In this document: positions 47,648 through 57,649 of the stretch, one piece after another | Layout of the letters: the number at the start of each line of letters is the position of its first letter | How positions within the stretch are numbered: the stretch's first letter is position 1 | Assembly (NCBI GenBank): GCA_963843065.1 | Contig: CAWJKX010000196.1 | Span: 1,109 to 65,108 of the forward strand | Length of the DNA: 64,000 nucleotides | Direction of reading: 5' to 3' | DNA from: an uncultured Bacteroidota bacterium | GTDB lineage: Bacteria; Bacteroidota; Ignavibacteria; UBA10030; UBA8401 | Program-made: the position numbers and the translations under genes | The notes under the pieces: generated by a model | What the model saw: only the letters and a program-made list of their open reading frames with translations | Database searches by the model: none | What the model was told of the DNA's origin: nothing

Positions 47648-48744
47648 CTAAAACTTTGAAAGTACCAGGGCATTTGTGGGATATTGCTTGACAAGTTTGA
47701 GAACGGCGAGCATGGCTTCCCGTGGAGGCATTTTCGCAATGGACCGCCTGAGCGCCTGGTATGCGGCCGTTTCAGAGCCAAAAAGGAGTTCTTCACGTCG
47801 TGTTCCCGATACAGGAAGATTGATAGCGGGAAAAATTCTTTCATTTGCCATACCACGGTCGAGCACAAGTTCCATATTTCCTGTCCCTTTGAACTCCTGA
47901 AAAATCAATTCATCCATGCGCGAGTTCGTTTCAATCAGCGCCGTAGCGATAATCGTCAGCGAGCCGCCCTGTTCACAGTTGCGCGCCGCACCGAAAATGC
48001 GTTTGGGAATTTCAAGTGCACGGATGTCGACGCCGCCGGACATGGTGCGCCCGCTGCTTTTCTGATGAATGTTGAATGCCCGTCCAAGGCGAGTAAGCGA
48101 GTCGAGCAGCACAACAACATCTCTTCCTGTTTCAACTTTACGTTTTGCGTATTCGAGGACCAATTGCGCGAGCCGGACATGGCTCCCGCGGTCGCTGTCG
48201 CTTGAACTCGCAAACACTTCTCCCGAAATCGAACGGCGCATATCGGTCACTTCTTCCGGGCGTTCGTCAATTAATAAGACAAGAAGATCAATCTCCGGAT
48301 TGTTGATGCTGATCGCGTGCGCGAGTTGCTGCATGAGCATTGTCTTTCCAGCTTTGGGGGGAGAAACGATAAGCGCCCGCTGTCCTTTACCAAGCGGACA
48401 GAACAGGTCTACGATGCGCATGGAGATATTGCTCTTCTCCCCTTCAAGCCGGATGATTTCGTTCGGTGAAATAACTTCATACGACGAAAATTCTTTGACG
48501 GTCTTCCACTCTTCAGGAGCCAAACCATTAACGCGTTCGATTGTCACGCCCTGCGGTGTTACCTTTTCCAGATGCATCCACTGTTCCTTCAACTAAAACT
48601 CCAGTCCGAAGAGCGAGGTGCTGGATAAGAGAGAGCGGAGACATGCACATCCTTGTCGGTGTGGCTGAGACCGTGCGAGAGCGTCCGAACGAAAGCGCGC
48701 CGCTGCGAATCAATTTCAAGTATGCCGGAGAAAGGTACTGACAT
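47648..48744 (-). CDS. rho: Rho-like transcription termination ATPase lacking the N-terminal helix bundle; two frameshifts as assembled
   Basis: The ATG at 48744 gives [36 protein letters not shown]. The second frame reads [19 protein letters not shown]. The third frame (track ORF 47648-48592) has [37 protein letters not shown] and [11 protein letters not shown]. Length is 1097 nt (3n+2). Confidence 0.7.
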
Positions 48745-49086
48745 GATGAATATGTAAAAAATCAAACGGATGAAAATGCCGAGGCAGGGCGGTATTTCTT
48801 GAAACCCCTATTGAACAGTGTGCATCGCCAAAAAGGGACGCTTCAGGGTAAATAATCAAGAAGCTGTCTCAGCGATTATTCGTCAGAGGAAATCCGACGG
48901 GTTTCGGCTTATTGTTAGCAAGGCAGGAATCTGGGGGATAGCATTCTTACTTACGCACACAACCCATCGAGCCGCAGCTTCTTCGAGACGGCAAACCTCT
49001 GTGAGACTTATTGCACCGTCCTCTTCTACAAAGGTACGCGACTTCCCGGTCAATCGCAAACGGAGATACGTTTTGTACAGGACATT

Positions 49087-49561
49087 CTACAGTACAACTT
49101 TTCTATTGAAGTATTTTGAATAGTCGCGCAGTGGAGCAGGCGAGTATACTTCTTTGATGAGATGTGAAGAAATAAGGAAGTCCGCAGTCGAGCGGTTACA
49201 GGCGGTCGGAATATTATAGAGGACGGCGATCCGCAGCAGCGCCTTTACATCAACTTCGTGCGGCTGCGGCTCCATCGGGTCCCAGAAAAAAATCAAAATA
49301 TCGATGCCCCCTTCCGCAATCATAGCGCCGAGCTGCTGGTCGCCGCCGAACGGACCCGATTTCAGCTTCAAAATTTTTATTTCATCACGATACTTTACGC
49401 CGGCTATTTTTCTTGAGTGCTTCACTCACCAGCTTCCCGGTCGTTCCGGTGCAGATCAACGTATGGTTGAGAAGAGTATCCCTGTTCCAATCAACCCATT
49501 CCACCATATCTTTTTTGCAGTTATCGTGCGCAACGAGTGCAATTCGTTTTACCGACTCCAT
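49087..49561 (-). CDS. mgsA: Methylglyoxal synthase; one frameshift as assembled
   Basis: The ATG at 49561 follows GAGGAG and gives [23 protein letters not shown]...[17 protein letters not shown]. This joins [44 protein letters not shown] when one base is removed from the 5-nt run 49407-49411. Length is 475 nt (3n+1). Confidence 0.85.
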
Positions 49562-49729
49562 TTTTCTCTCCTCATGGTTAGCTCCGACATATTAGATGCG
49601 AAATCAGTCAGTGGAAAAAGTATTCTAAAAAAAGGAAATCAACATACGGAGAACCCTTGTTGTCCTCTGTAGACAACGAACCCCGATCTTTGTAAAAAAT
49701 CGGGGTCCATTGTATTGTTGTTGCCGTTA

Positions 49730-50144
49730 TTACGCTTTTGGAACGGCTTCCTTTCTTCCGTACACCAACGCGATCACAACCCCTGCAATGATATACTCAA
49801 CCAATGTCAGTAAGAACCAGTGTATCGCAAGCATATGAGGGATGGGAAAGCTTGCATACGAACCAAACGCGAATCCGCTGCTCACGATCATTCCAACATA
49901 AAAGCCGTATCGGATACCCTCCATAATGCCTTTGTTTTCGTACCCCTTGGAAAAGATAACTGCAAAAAAGAATGCAGTGATAATCTTCACGACGTGTAAA
50001 ACCCACATTTTGGCTATCATATCCGTGCGCCAGACATTTTGCATAGCCATGTAAGGTACTCATCAAAATAACGCCATGGATGAGTATGTCGAGTACTTCG
50101 AGAGTAACAAACACTGCAACGAAACCGATCAGCATTTTTTTCAT
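49730..50144 (-). CDS. Small integral membrane protein (unknown family); one frameshift as assembled
   Basis: MKKMLIGFVAVFVTLEVLDILIHGVILMST joins YMAMQNVWRTDMIAKMWVLHVV...VALVYGRKEAVPKA at about 50053. Length is 415 nt (3n+1). About 4 TM segments. Confidence 0.55.
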
Positions 50145-50337
50145 AGACTTTCTCCTAAATTGTGAATTTGGAAAAATGCTTTTGGTGGTTCCAAAATCGA
50201 GCAAGTATAGAAATATGTGGAGACATTGTCAAGTGGGATGAGTTGGACATTGGACGTCACAGGCTTTAAGTTATAAGTTGAAAGTTTCTTGCTTCAAATT
50301 TAAAACTTGTTACGTAAAACTTACAACTCCAACATTC

Positions 50338-52011
50338 TCACGTCCTCATCAGTTTCTTATATTTGATTCTGTGTGGTTGGTCGGCGGCGATGCCGAGACG
50401 CTTTTTCCGGTTTTCTTCGTACTCGGTATAATTCCCGTCGTACCAGAAGACTTTGCTCTCTCCTTCGAAGGCAAGAATATGCGTTGCGATGCGGTCGAGG
50501 AACCAGCGGTCATGCGAGATGACAACAGCGCAGCCGGCAAAATTCATTAATGCTTCCTCGAGAGCGCGGAGCGTATTCACGTCGAGGTCGTTTGTCGGCT
50601 CATCGAGCAGCAGAACATTGGCACCTTCCTTCAGTATTTTTGCCAGATGGACGCGGTTGCGTTCTCCTCCCGAAAGCTCTCCGGTTTTCTTCTGCTGGTC
50701 GCTCCCGCTGAAATTGAAGCGCGCAACGTACGCGCGAGAATTGACGTCGCGGGTACCAAGCTTCAAAATATCCTCGCCTCCGGAGATCTCCTGCCAGATC
50801 GTTTTCTCCGGGTCGAGCGGGCGGCTCTGGTCGACGTATGCGAGTTTCACCGTTTCACCGATTTTGATCTCACCGGCGTCCGGTTTCTCCTGTCCGGTAA
50901 TCATACGGAATAATGTTGTTTTACCGGCTCCATTCGGGCCGATAACACCGATGATGCCCCCGTGGGGAAGGGAGAAATTCATTTCTTCGCACAGGAGATT
51001 GTCGCCGTACGCCTTCGATACATTGTGCGCCTCGATCGCAACATCGCCGAGTCTCGGACCGGAGGGAATAAATATTTCCAGATCCTCATCCCGTTTCTCC
51101 GAATCGTCTGCGAGCATTTTTTCGTACGCCGCAATGCGCGCCTTGCTTTTTGCGTGACGCCCTTTCGGATTCATGCGAACCCATTCCAGTTCCTCCGATA
51201 ACGCCTTCTGCCGTTTTGATTCCTGTTTTTCTTCGAGGCCAAGACGCTGCTGTTTCTGCTCGAGCCAGGAAGAATAATTTCCCTTGAATGGAATCCCTTC
51301 GCCCCGGTCCAATTCCAGAATCCATCCCGCCACATTGTCGAGAAAATACCTGTCGTGTGTCACGGCAAGAACTGTCCCTTTGTACTGACTGAGATGATGT
51401 TCAAGCCATGCAACGGATTCGGCGTCGAGATGGTTTGTCGGTTCGTCGAGAAGCAACACATCCGGCTCCTGAAGAAGAAGGCGGCAGAGGGCAACACGCC
51501 GCCGCTCTCCGCCGGAGAGAACGTTCACCGGAGTATCACCGGGAGGGCAGCGAAGAGCATCCATCGCTTGTTCAAGTTTGCTGTCGATGTCCCACGCATT
51601 GAGATGCTCGATCTTATCCTGAAGATCGCCCTGCTTCTCCAGCAGCTTGTCGATGTCTGCGTCCGGTTCGCCGAACTTCGCGGTAACGGCTTCGTATTCT
51701 TTGATGAGTGCAATAATTTCGTGGACACCTTCTTCCACAATTTCTTTCACCGTTTTCGCCGCATCCAGCTGCGGTTCCTGCGGAAGGTAACCGAAGGAAA
51801 TTCCTTTCTGCGACGTGATTTCGCCGACGTACTCTTTGTCAAGCCCTGCAATAATTCGGAGAAGTGTGCTCTTACCGGCGCCATTCAGTCCTAGTACGCC
51901 GATCTTCGCGCCGTAAAAAAAAGAAAGGTAAATATCTTTCAGAACCTGTTTGTTCGGCTTGTGGATCTTCCCCACGCCGACCATCGAAAAAATTATCTTA
52001 TTATCGCTCAC
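50338..52011 (-). CDS. ettA: Energy-dependent translational throttle ABC-F ATPase EttA
   Basis: 557 aa from the GTG at 52011, preceded by AGGAG. Two ABC cassettes (GLNGAGKST, LSGGERRRVAL, GPNGAGKTT, LSGGERNRV). N-terminus SDNKIIFSMVGVGKIH is typical of EttA. Confidence 0.9.
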   Translation of the reverse strand: MSDNKIIFSMVGVGKIHKPNKQVLKDIYLSFFYGAKIGVLGLNGAGKSTLLRIIAGLDKEYVGEITSQKGISFGYLPQEPQLDAAKTVKEIVEEGVHEIIALIKEYEAVTAKFGEPDADIDKLLEKQGDLQDKIEHLNAWDIDSKLEQAMDALRCPPGDTPVNVLSGGERRRVALCRLLLQEPDVLLLDEPTNHLDAESVAWLEHHLSQYKGTVLAVTHDRYFLDNVAGWILELDRGEGIPFKGNYSSWLEQKQQRLGLEEKQESKRQKALSEELEWVRMNPKGRHAKSKARIAAYEKMLADDSEKRDEDLEIFIPSGPRLGDVAIEAHNVSKAYGDNLLCEEMNFSLPHGGIIGVIGPNGAGKTTLFRMITGQEKPDAGEIKIGETVKLAYVDQSRPLDPEKTIWQEISGGEDILKLGTRDVNSRAYVARFNFSGSDQQKKTGELSGGERNRVHLAKILKEGANVLLLDEPTNDLDVNTLRALEEALMNFAGCAVVISHDRWFLDRIATHILAFEGESKVFWYDGNYTEYEENRKKRLGIAADQPHRIKYKKLMRT

Positions 52012-52158
52012 TGGACTCCTAAAATTGGCGTTCCCAAGCAGGAGCGTGAACGAGATGTAGGATATTTTATCTAAAGAAATTGACTCTATTGAAAAATGTT
52101 CCAAATCTAATTACAAAGATGTCCTACATCTTGTCGATATCGAGATGACCATGTAAAA

Positions 52159-54789
52159 TCAAATCCAATTCTTCCGAAGCAAGATAGCTTTGATAGTCTG
52201 AGTGAGAACTACGTAACAAAGAAGCGTTACAAAAAGAATTGGCCAATACAAAACCGGAAGTTCCGTAAGCCCGAGCGACGATGCCAAGCCTGAATAAGGC
52301 AGCCACATTCCCACAGCCATGATAATGCCGGAAGTAAGAATAAGCGGCACACTTGCGAAACTCTGAATAAATGGAATCTTGTTGGTGCGAATAATATGAA
52401 TGATGAGTGTCTGAGTCATGAGCGACTCGACAAACCAGCCCGTTTGAAATAACGAAGCGCGGGAAGGATCCCAGCAGTGAAAAACATACAACATGACAAA
52501 ATACGTCGTGTAATCAAAAATGGAACTAATTGGACCGATATAAAGAATGAATCGACTGATCTCACTCATTGACCAGGGACGCGGCCGGTCAATTTGTTCA
52601 GGATCGACGTTATCAGTCGGGATCGGAACCTGTGAGAAATCATATAGTAAGTTGTTGGTGAGCACCTGGATGGGCAGCATCGGAACGAATGGCAAAAACG
52701 CACTTGCTCCCAGTACGCTGAACATGTTTCCGAAATTCGAGCTCGCGCCCATCCGGACGTACTTGACAATATTTGCAAACACCTTCCGGCCTTCGAGCAC
52801 TCCTTCCTCGAGAACCATCAAGCTTTTTTCGAGAAGGATAACGTCGGCTGACTCTTTCGCAATATCCACTGCCGTATCAACAGAAATGCCGACATCAGCC
52901 GCGCGCAAAGCCGGAGCGTCGTTGATACCATCGCCCATGAACCCAACAGTATGGCCTTTGGCGCGCAGCGCGCGAACAATTCGCTGTTTATGAGCGGGCG
53001 AAAGTCGGGCAAAGATATGCGTAGTACCTACAGCCTCAGCCAATTGTTCGTCTGACATCGCTTCAATGTCCGCACCGAGGAGAATGCGATCGGTGGAAAG
53101 TCCAACGTCATGGCACACTTTCTTCGTCACGAGGTCATTGTCGCCGGTAAGGATTTTGACGGTTACCCCGTGTTTTTGAAGAACGGCAATGGCCGGTCCG
53201 GCGCTTTCCTTTGGCGGATCGAGAAAGGCAACGTATCCAATAAGCACCAAATCCTGTTCATCATCCTTTGAGTATGCTGCGCGTTGCACTAAATCCTTGT
53301 AGGCAACGGCAAGTACACGAAAGCCATCCGCACTCAATCGCTCGTACTCATCACGCAAATCCTGAATGAGAATCGGATCCATCGGAAGAATTTCACCATC
53401 CAGCTCGAACCGCGCGCACCGCCGGAAGACTTCCTCAGGCGCTCCTTTTGTCAGGAGACGATGAGTACCATTCGGCATCTGCACAACCACCGACATCATG
53501 CGGCGTGAAAAATCAAACGGAATTTCATCGACTTTATTATATTGTTCGATAGTTGCGTGTTCATGCACTTCATGGTGGTCGAGGATGGCGCGATCGAGGA
53601 CATTTTTCAGACCTGTTTGAAAATGACTGATGAGATATGCATCGAGCAAGACGGGATCGTCCTGTTTGCCGACAACGTCGCAATATTGCTCCAGGACAAC
53701 ATGGTCGAGCGTCAGTGTTCCGGTTTTGTCCGTACAGAGCACATCCATCGCTCCAAAATTCTGAATCGAATTCAGCCTTTTAACGATGACCTTTTTCTTG
53801 GACATGAGTATCGCGCCACGGGAGAGACTCACGGAGACAATCATCGGCAGCATCTCCGGCGTGAGACCGACGGCAACAGCAAGTGCAAAAAAGAACGCTT
53901 CGCCCCAATTACCTTTTGTGAATCCGTTGATGAGAAACACCAACGGCACCATCACCATCATGAAACGGATCATCAGCCATGTGAAACGCTTGATCCCTTT
54001 ATCAAAGCTTGTCTCCACCTGTTGCCCCGTCAAGCTCGCTGCCATGCTGCCGAAGTACGTCTGTTTGCCGGTAGCAACGACAACTGCGGTTGCAGTCCCG
54101 CTTTCTACACTTGTCCCGAGAAAACAGATATTCGAGAACTCAAGCGGTGAGATTTTATCCTGCATTTCCCGTGCATCATACTTCTCTACGGGCAATGATT
54201 CTCCAGTGAGACTTGCTTGAATAATAAAGAGATCTTTCGAGGAAACGACGCGAATGTCAGCGGGTATCATGTCCCCAGCAGAAAGCTTGACGATATCTCC
54301 CGGCACCAAATCTTTGAGAGGAATTTCCGTCGGTACCCCTTGACGAATGACCGTCGCAGTCACTTTGATCATTGCCTTTAATTTAGCCGCCGCGCTATCT
54401 GCGCGAGTTTCTTGAATAAACCTTAGCATCACTCCAAGGACCACCATCAGAGCCATCACCGTTCCCGCCCGCATATCGCCTGTGGCGTACGAGATCGTTG
54501 CCAATGCGGTGAGAAGAATAACGAGCGGATTTCGCGTAGTGATCAACAGCCGCCAGGGCCAACTATGATGTGTCTCCTGGGCCACTTCATTCAATCCATG
54601 TAATTGCCTGATTTCTTCTGCCTCAGTTTCTGCGAGACCTTGAAGCGAAGTTTTGAGCTTGCTCAACACATCGTTGACTTCTGCATGAGCTGCTTCGACA
54701 AGCTGCGGTGAAACATGGATTGTATTAGCCGACTTATTCTTCTGAGTCGATAGTCGGGTAATGATGCTATTCAGAGTTTGGTTCGGCAT
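52159..54789 (-). CDS. mgtA: Magnesium-translocating P-type ATPase
   Basis: 876 aa. DKTGTLT, TGDN and GDGINDAPALRAADVGISV, with an MgtA/B-type N-terminus and 10 TM segments. Confidence 0.9.
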   Translation of the reverse strand: MPNQTLNSIITRLSTQKNKSANTIHVSPQLVEAAHAEVNDVLSKLKTSLQGLAETEAEEIRQLHGLNEVAQETHHSWPWRLLITTRNPLVILLTALATISYATGDMRAGTVMALMVVLGVMLRFIQETRADSAAAKLKAMIKVTATVIRQGVPTEIPLKDLVPGDIVKLSAGDMIPADIRVVSSKDLFIIQASLTGESLPVEKYDAREMQDKISPLEFSNICFLGTSVESGTATAVVVATGKQTYFGSMAASLTGQQVETSFDKGIKRFTWLMIRFMMVMVPLVFLINGFTKGNWGEAFFFALAVAVGLTPEMLPMIVSVSLSRGAILMSKKKVIVKRLNSIQNFGAMDVLCTDKTGTLTLDHVVLEQYCDVVGKQDDPVLLDAYLISHFQTGLKNVLDRAILDHHEVHEHATIEQYNKVDEIPFDFSRRMMSVVVQMPNGTHRLLTKGAPEEVFRRCARFELDGEILPMDPILIQDLRDEYERLSADGFRVLAVAYKDLVQRAAYSKDDEQDLVLIGYVAFLDPPKESAGPAIAVLQKHGVTVKILTGDNDLVTKKVCHDVGLSTDRILLGADIEAMSDEQLAEAVGTTHIFARLSPAHKQRIVRALRAKGHTVGFMGDGINDAPALRAADVGISVDTAVDIAKESADVILLEKSLMVLEEGVLEGRKVFANIVKYVRMGASSNFGNMFSVLGASAFLPFVPMLPIQVLTNNLLYDFSQVPIPTDNVDPEQIDRPRPWSMSEISRFILYIGPISSIFDYTTYFVMLYVFHCWDPSRASLFQTGWFVESLMTQTLIIHIIRTNKIPFIQSFASVPLILTSGIIMAVGMWLPYSGLASSLGLTELPVLYWPILFVTLLCYVVLTQTIKAILLRKNWI

Positions 54790-55018
54790 CTTGAACGTAG
54801 ATTGTTTTTGTGAATATCTAACGGAGAATCATCGTATGCAAACGATTTCTCTGCATGGTCTTTTGGTATCGCGGAAATCAGTCCCAAACACAATTGCACA
54901 GAACACCAAAAGTACGGACGAACGTGCGTGCGAATCAGCGACTTGAAGTGGGATTTGAATTGCTATGAAGATATTGAAAACCAGTATTAGAGGCAATAAA
55001 GAAAGTGTAAGCGAACTG

Positions 55019-55834
55019 TTATTTTACGGCTACGGAGGTCCCGCGTAATATTTTTTTATAGTTCGCCCATGTTACGCTGCCTGCCAACGGACTAATGTGG
55101 TAGGTCTCCTGTTTCCTCAACCGCAAAATTTCAGCACACCGGTCCTGAGAATTCGGGTGGGTACTAATCCATTCAAAGTGCTTTGGAACGTCATTTTTTT
55201 CCTGCGACAATCGGAAGATCACATCGGCAAAGGCTTCTGGGTCAATCTCTGCTTTTGCCATCATGTGCACGGCAGAAGCGTCCGCCTCGCTCTCCAGCTG
55301 CCTGTCAAAAGCCGTAGAGGAGAGCAGCCTCGCCGTTTCCCGCGCGATTTCTCCGTTTGCTTCGCCGCCCGCGAGTGCTGACAGCATCGAAAGCCCCACT
55401 TCTTTCCTGAGCCGTTTCATGATGTGTCCATGTTCGATGTGGCTGATTTCATGCGCTAGCACGCTGCTTAACTCTTCAGGTGATTTGCAGTAGCGGATCA
55501 TTCCTGTGTAAACGACAAGATGCCGGTCGGGGAGCGCAATTGCGTTGACCTCATCACGGACAAGAATATGAAGGGTAATTGAGGAATCGTTAATGCCGTT
55601 CGCTGTGCAGAGTCTATTCTTGATGCCGTTGACGAACGAGTACACGGTATCCGAATGAAGTTCACTGCTCCCCTTCTGCAGTTCATCGAGAATCAATTCT
55701 CCCAGGTTATGCTCGGTCTCCTTCGTCAGTTCTTCAACCCGAAAATGTTTGAGATAATCGACGTAGCCGAGAAGGAACCACGTGCCGAAAAAGAGGGCAA
55801 CAAGAACAATGAAGTGAACGATGATCTTCGCCAT
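55019..55834 (-). CDS. M48 family zinc metallopeptidase (membrane-anchored)
   Basis: 271 aa. N-terminal TM, HEISHIEHGH (HExxH) and a downstream ESEAD. Confidence 0.8.
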   Translation of the reverse strand: MAKIIVHFIVLVALFFGTWFLLGYVDYLKHFRVEELTKETEHNLGELILDELQKGSSELHSDTVYSFVNGIKNRLCTANGINDSSITLHILVRDEVNAIALPDRHLVVYTGMIRYCKSPEELSSVLAHEISHIEHGHIMKRLRKEVGLSMLSALAGGEANGEIARETARLLSSTAFDRQLESEADASAVHMMAKAEIDPEAFADVIFRLSQEKNDVPKHFEWISTHPNSQDRCAEILRLRKQETYHISPLAGSVTWANYKKILRGTSVAVK

Positions 55835-55835
55835 G

Positions 55836-56264
55836 CTATGCTTTCACCAGCGTTTCTGTCAGCGGTCCGAAGAACCACCAGACAACGTGTTTTCCTTTCC
55901 TTGTTTGAACGGCTGCATAGATGGTCGCAATGAACTCAACGAGGTTAAACAATATAATGGTGAGTATGTACGCAATATAATTGTTTGATACCGTCGTGCG
56001 GTCGAAGATGATTCCGAGCGTCCAGTACAGACCCGCAGCGTTGACCGGCAAGGTAAACCCCTGTGCCAGGAGCGTTTGCGTGCAATGCCAACGGACGAAG
56101 CGGGCCGACTTCTTGTTCGCGAAATAGAAAATCGCCGACGCTATCACATTGACGATCGGCAAAGGGAGTCCGACCATGATCACGACGAGCGACATCAAAT
56201 AACTGTTCGACGCTTTTTCGGTTTCGTAATCGTCGGGTGCGTAAGAAAATTCCTGGAGGGTCAC
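55836..56264 (-). CDS. DUF4870-like membrane protein
   Basis: 142 aa from the GTG at 56264, 1 nt after the upstream stop. LPIVNVIASAIFYFANKKSARFVRWHCTQTLLAQ resembles the DUF4870 core. The stop lies 1 nt before the M48 start. Confidence 0.55.
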   Translation of the reverse strand: MTLQEFSYAPDDYETEKASNSYLMSLVVIMVGLPLPIVNVIASAIFYFANKKSARFVRWHCTQTLLAQGFTLPVNAAGLYWTLGIIFDRTTVSNNYIAYILTIILFNLVEFIATIYAAVQTRKGKHVVWWFFGPLTETLVKA

Positions 56265-56265
56265 G

Positions 56266-56679
56266 CTACAACCCTTTCGTAATATTCCAGAACCAGTTGA
56301 GAGCGACGATTGCGGCAGCACATGCGGCGAGGAGTTTATTGTGTGAAAGGAGATATTCCATTCGCGTGTACCGGATGTAGAAACTACCGCTGCCGCGCAA
56401 GACGTCTGCCATCATCCACAAAGGAATGATTACGAGTGCAAGGGCAAGCATCACGCCGAACGGGTTCATCATGAACGATTCCCGGAATTGACCATGTACC
56501 AGCAAGAAAAGCGAACGGGTCGTACCGCAAGAAGGGCACGGGAGACCGGTAACCTCCTTAAATAAACAGACCGATGGTGCGGCGGAATGCGCCGAGCTAT
56601 CAATAAAATTCCAGCCAAGCCAGACATAGCCGGCCAGCGATAGCCCGGCCAGAATAGTGTAGAGTTTTCTCTTGGTCAT
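56266..56679 (-). CDS. DUF2752 domain membrane protein
   Basis: 137 aa from the ATG at 56679. CLFKEVTGLPCPSCGTTRS is the DUF2752 Cys motif. Confidence 0.7.
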   Translation of the reverse strand: MTKRKLYTILAGLSLAGYVWLGWNFIDSSAHSAAPSVCLFKEVTGLPCPSCGTTRSLFLLVHGQFRESFMMNPFGVMLALALVIIPLWMMADVLRGSGSFYIRYTRMEYLLSHNKLLAACAAAIVALNWFWNITKGL

Positions 56680-56686
56680 ACGAAGT

Positions 56687-57025
56687 TTAGAACAACACTT
56701 GCAGGATACGGTGTAAATTATATTCACGCGTTTTTCCAAGGATCAGAAACCAATCGACGATTGTCCAGATGCCGAGCCCGCCGCACGTCAACAGCTTTGC
56801 AATTCCGAGACCGACTTCGCCGAGCATGAACCGGTCGATGCCGAAATGCCCGCCGACGAGCGAAACGATAAGCATTATTGTCGGGTCTTTGAGATTCACA
56901 CCCTGGACCTGAATGAGTTTTGAATCATCCATTTTCAACAATTTTTCGCGGATCGCCGTGAGCTGGTATCCTTCAAAATACTTGGAGGACATCATCATGT
57001 ACATGTCGACTTTTTGCGGGTCCAT
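56687..57025 (-). CDS. TM2 domain-containing protein
   Basis: 112 aa. [38 protein letters not shown] matches the TM2 two-helix motif. Confidence 0.75.
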   Translation of the reverse strand: MDPQKVDMYMMMSSKYFEGYQLTAIREKLLKMDDSKLIQVQGVNLKDPTIMLIVSLVGGHFGIDRFMLGEVGLGIAKLLTCGGLGIWTIVDWFLILGKTREYNLHRILQVLF

Positions 57026-57069
57026 AAATATTTCCTTTCAATAAATGTTGTGAGTGTCCGGAGTGGATG

Positions 57070-57560
57070 GTTAAATCCCCAACACGTGGGAAGTCCGGCC
57101 CGTTATGCCGCGAAATAAACTCCCGAAACTTAATAATCGCTTCTTCAAAAAGCAATGAACGAATCGTCTTCAAGCTATCCGAAGGACAGCTTACCGGGAT
57201 TATCGCATGGCTTAATATCAGTTCACTTCTTGAAAGAATCCTTGGGAAGCCTCTGAACTACCGCCGCGCCAGGTTTCCTTCATCAAGTCCTGCCCCACGC
57301 TGAATTAAAGTGTCGAGATATAATCGTCATGCGCCTTGGTACTTTACGACAGTTTGTATGAATTTGTTTCCGTTAAATGTTCCTTTGACAGGAGGGGGGC
57401 ATTTCGTTCTGCCGGCATTCGCGAACAATTCGTCTAGAATTTTTTCAGGAATGCCAACATTCGGATTAATACCGATCTTGAGGATTTTTGCGGAGAATTA
57501 TTTCCTTCGTCGGACCTTTTGGATCCGGACTGGCGTGTGTCTTTGCCTTTTATACTCCGG
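57070..57560 (-). pseudogene. Decayed YdeI/DUF1905-like gene remnant
   Basis: The minus strand reads FSAKILKIGINPNVGIPEKILDELFANAGRTKCPPPVKGTFNGNKFIQTVVKYQGA-TGA-RLYLDTLIQRGAGLDEGNLARR-TAG-... and later SLKTIRSLLFEEAIIKFREFISRHNG. There are in-frame TAA, TGA and TAG stops and no clean start. Confidence 0.45.
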
Positions 57561-57649
57561 TACATCTCTCTTCTTAAGAGGTTTTGAGAATGGAAAAAAA
57601 CACACACCAATTCAGGCAGGGCGAGTTTCTGCCCGAGGAGCCATGAATA

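Noticed and set aside
54790-55018. Possible Mg2+ (M-box) riboswitch in the mgtA leader.
   Set aside because: I looked on the minus strand for the conserved M-box cores as I remember them (GUUAGGUGAGGC and CGCCAAUGGG-CAAC). I found only loose resemblances (CCGTTAG, ATACCAAAAGACCA). That is not enough to call it without a covariance-model scan.
57070-57560. TGA at a Trp-like position in the YdeI-like remnant as a hint of stop-codon recoding.
   Set aside because: TGA clearly terminates conserved genes in this window at positions matching their paralogue or family C-termini, for example the reconstructed end of lipoprotein paralogue 2 (28485-28487) and DinB (58370-58372). The same remnant also has in-frame TAA and TAG stops, so a pseudogene is the simpler explanation.
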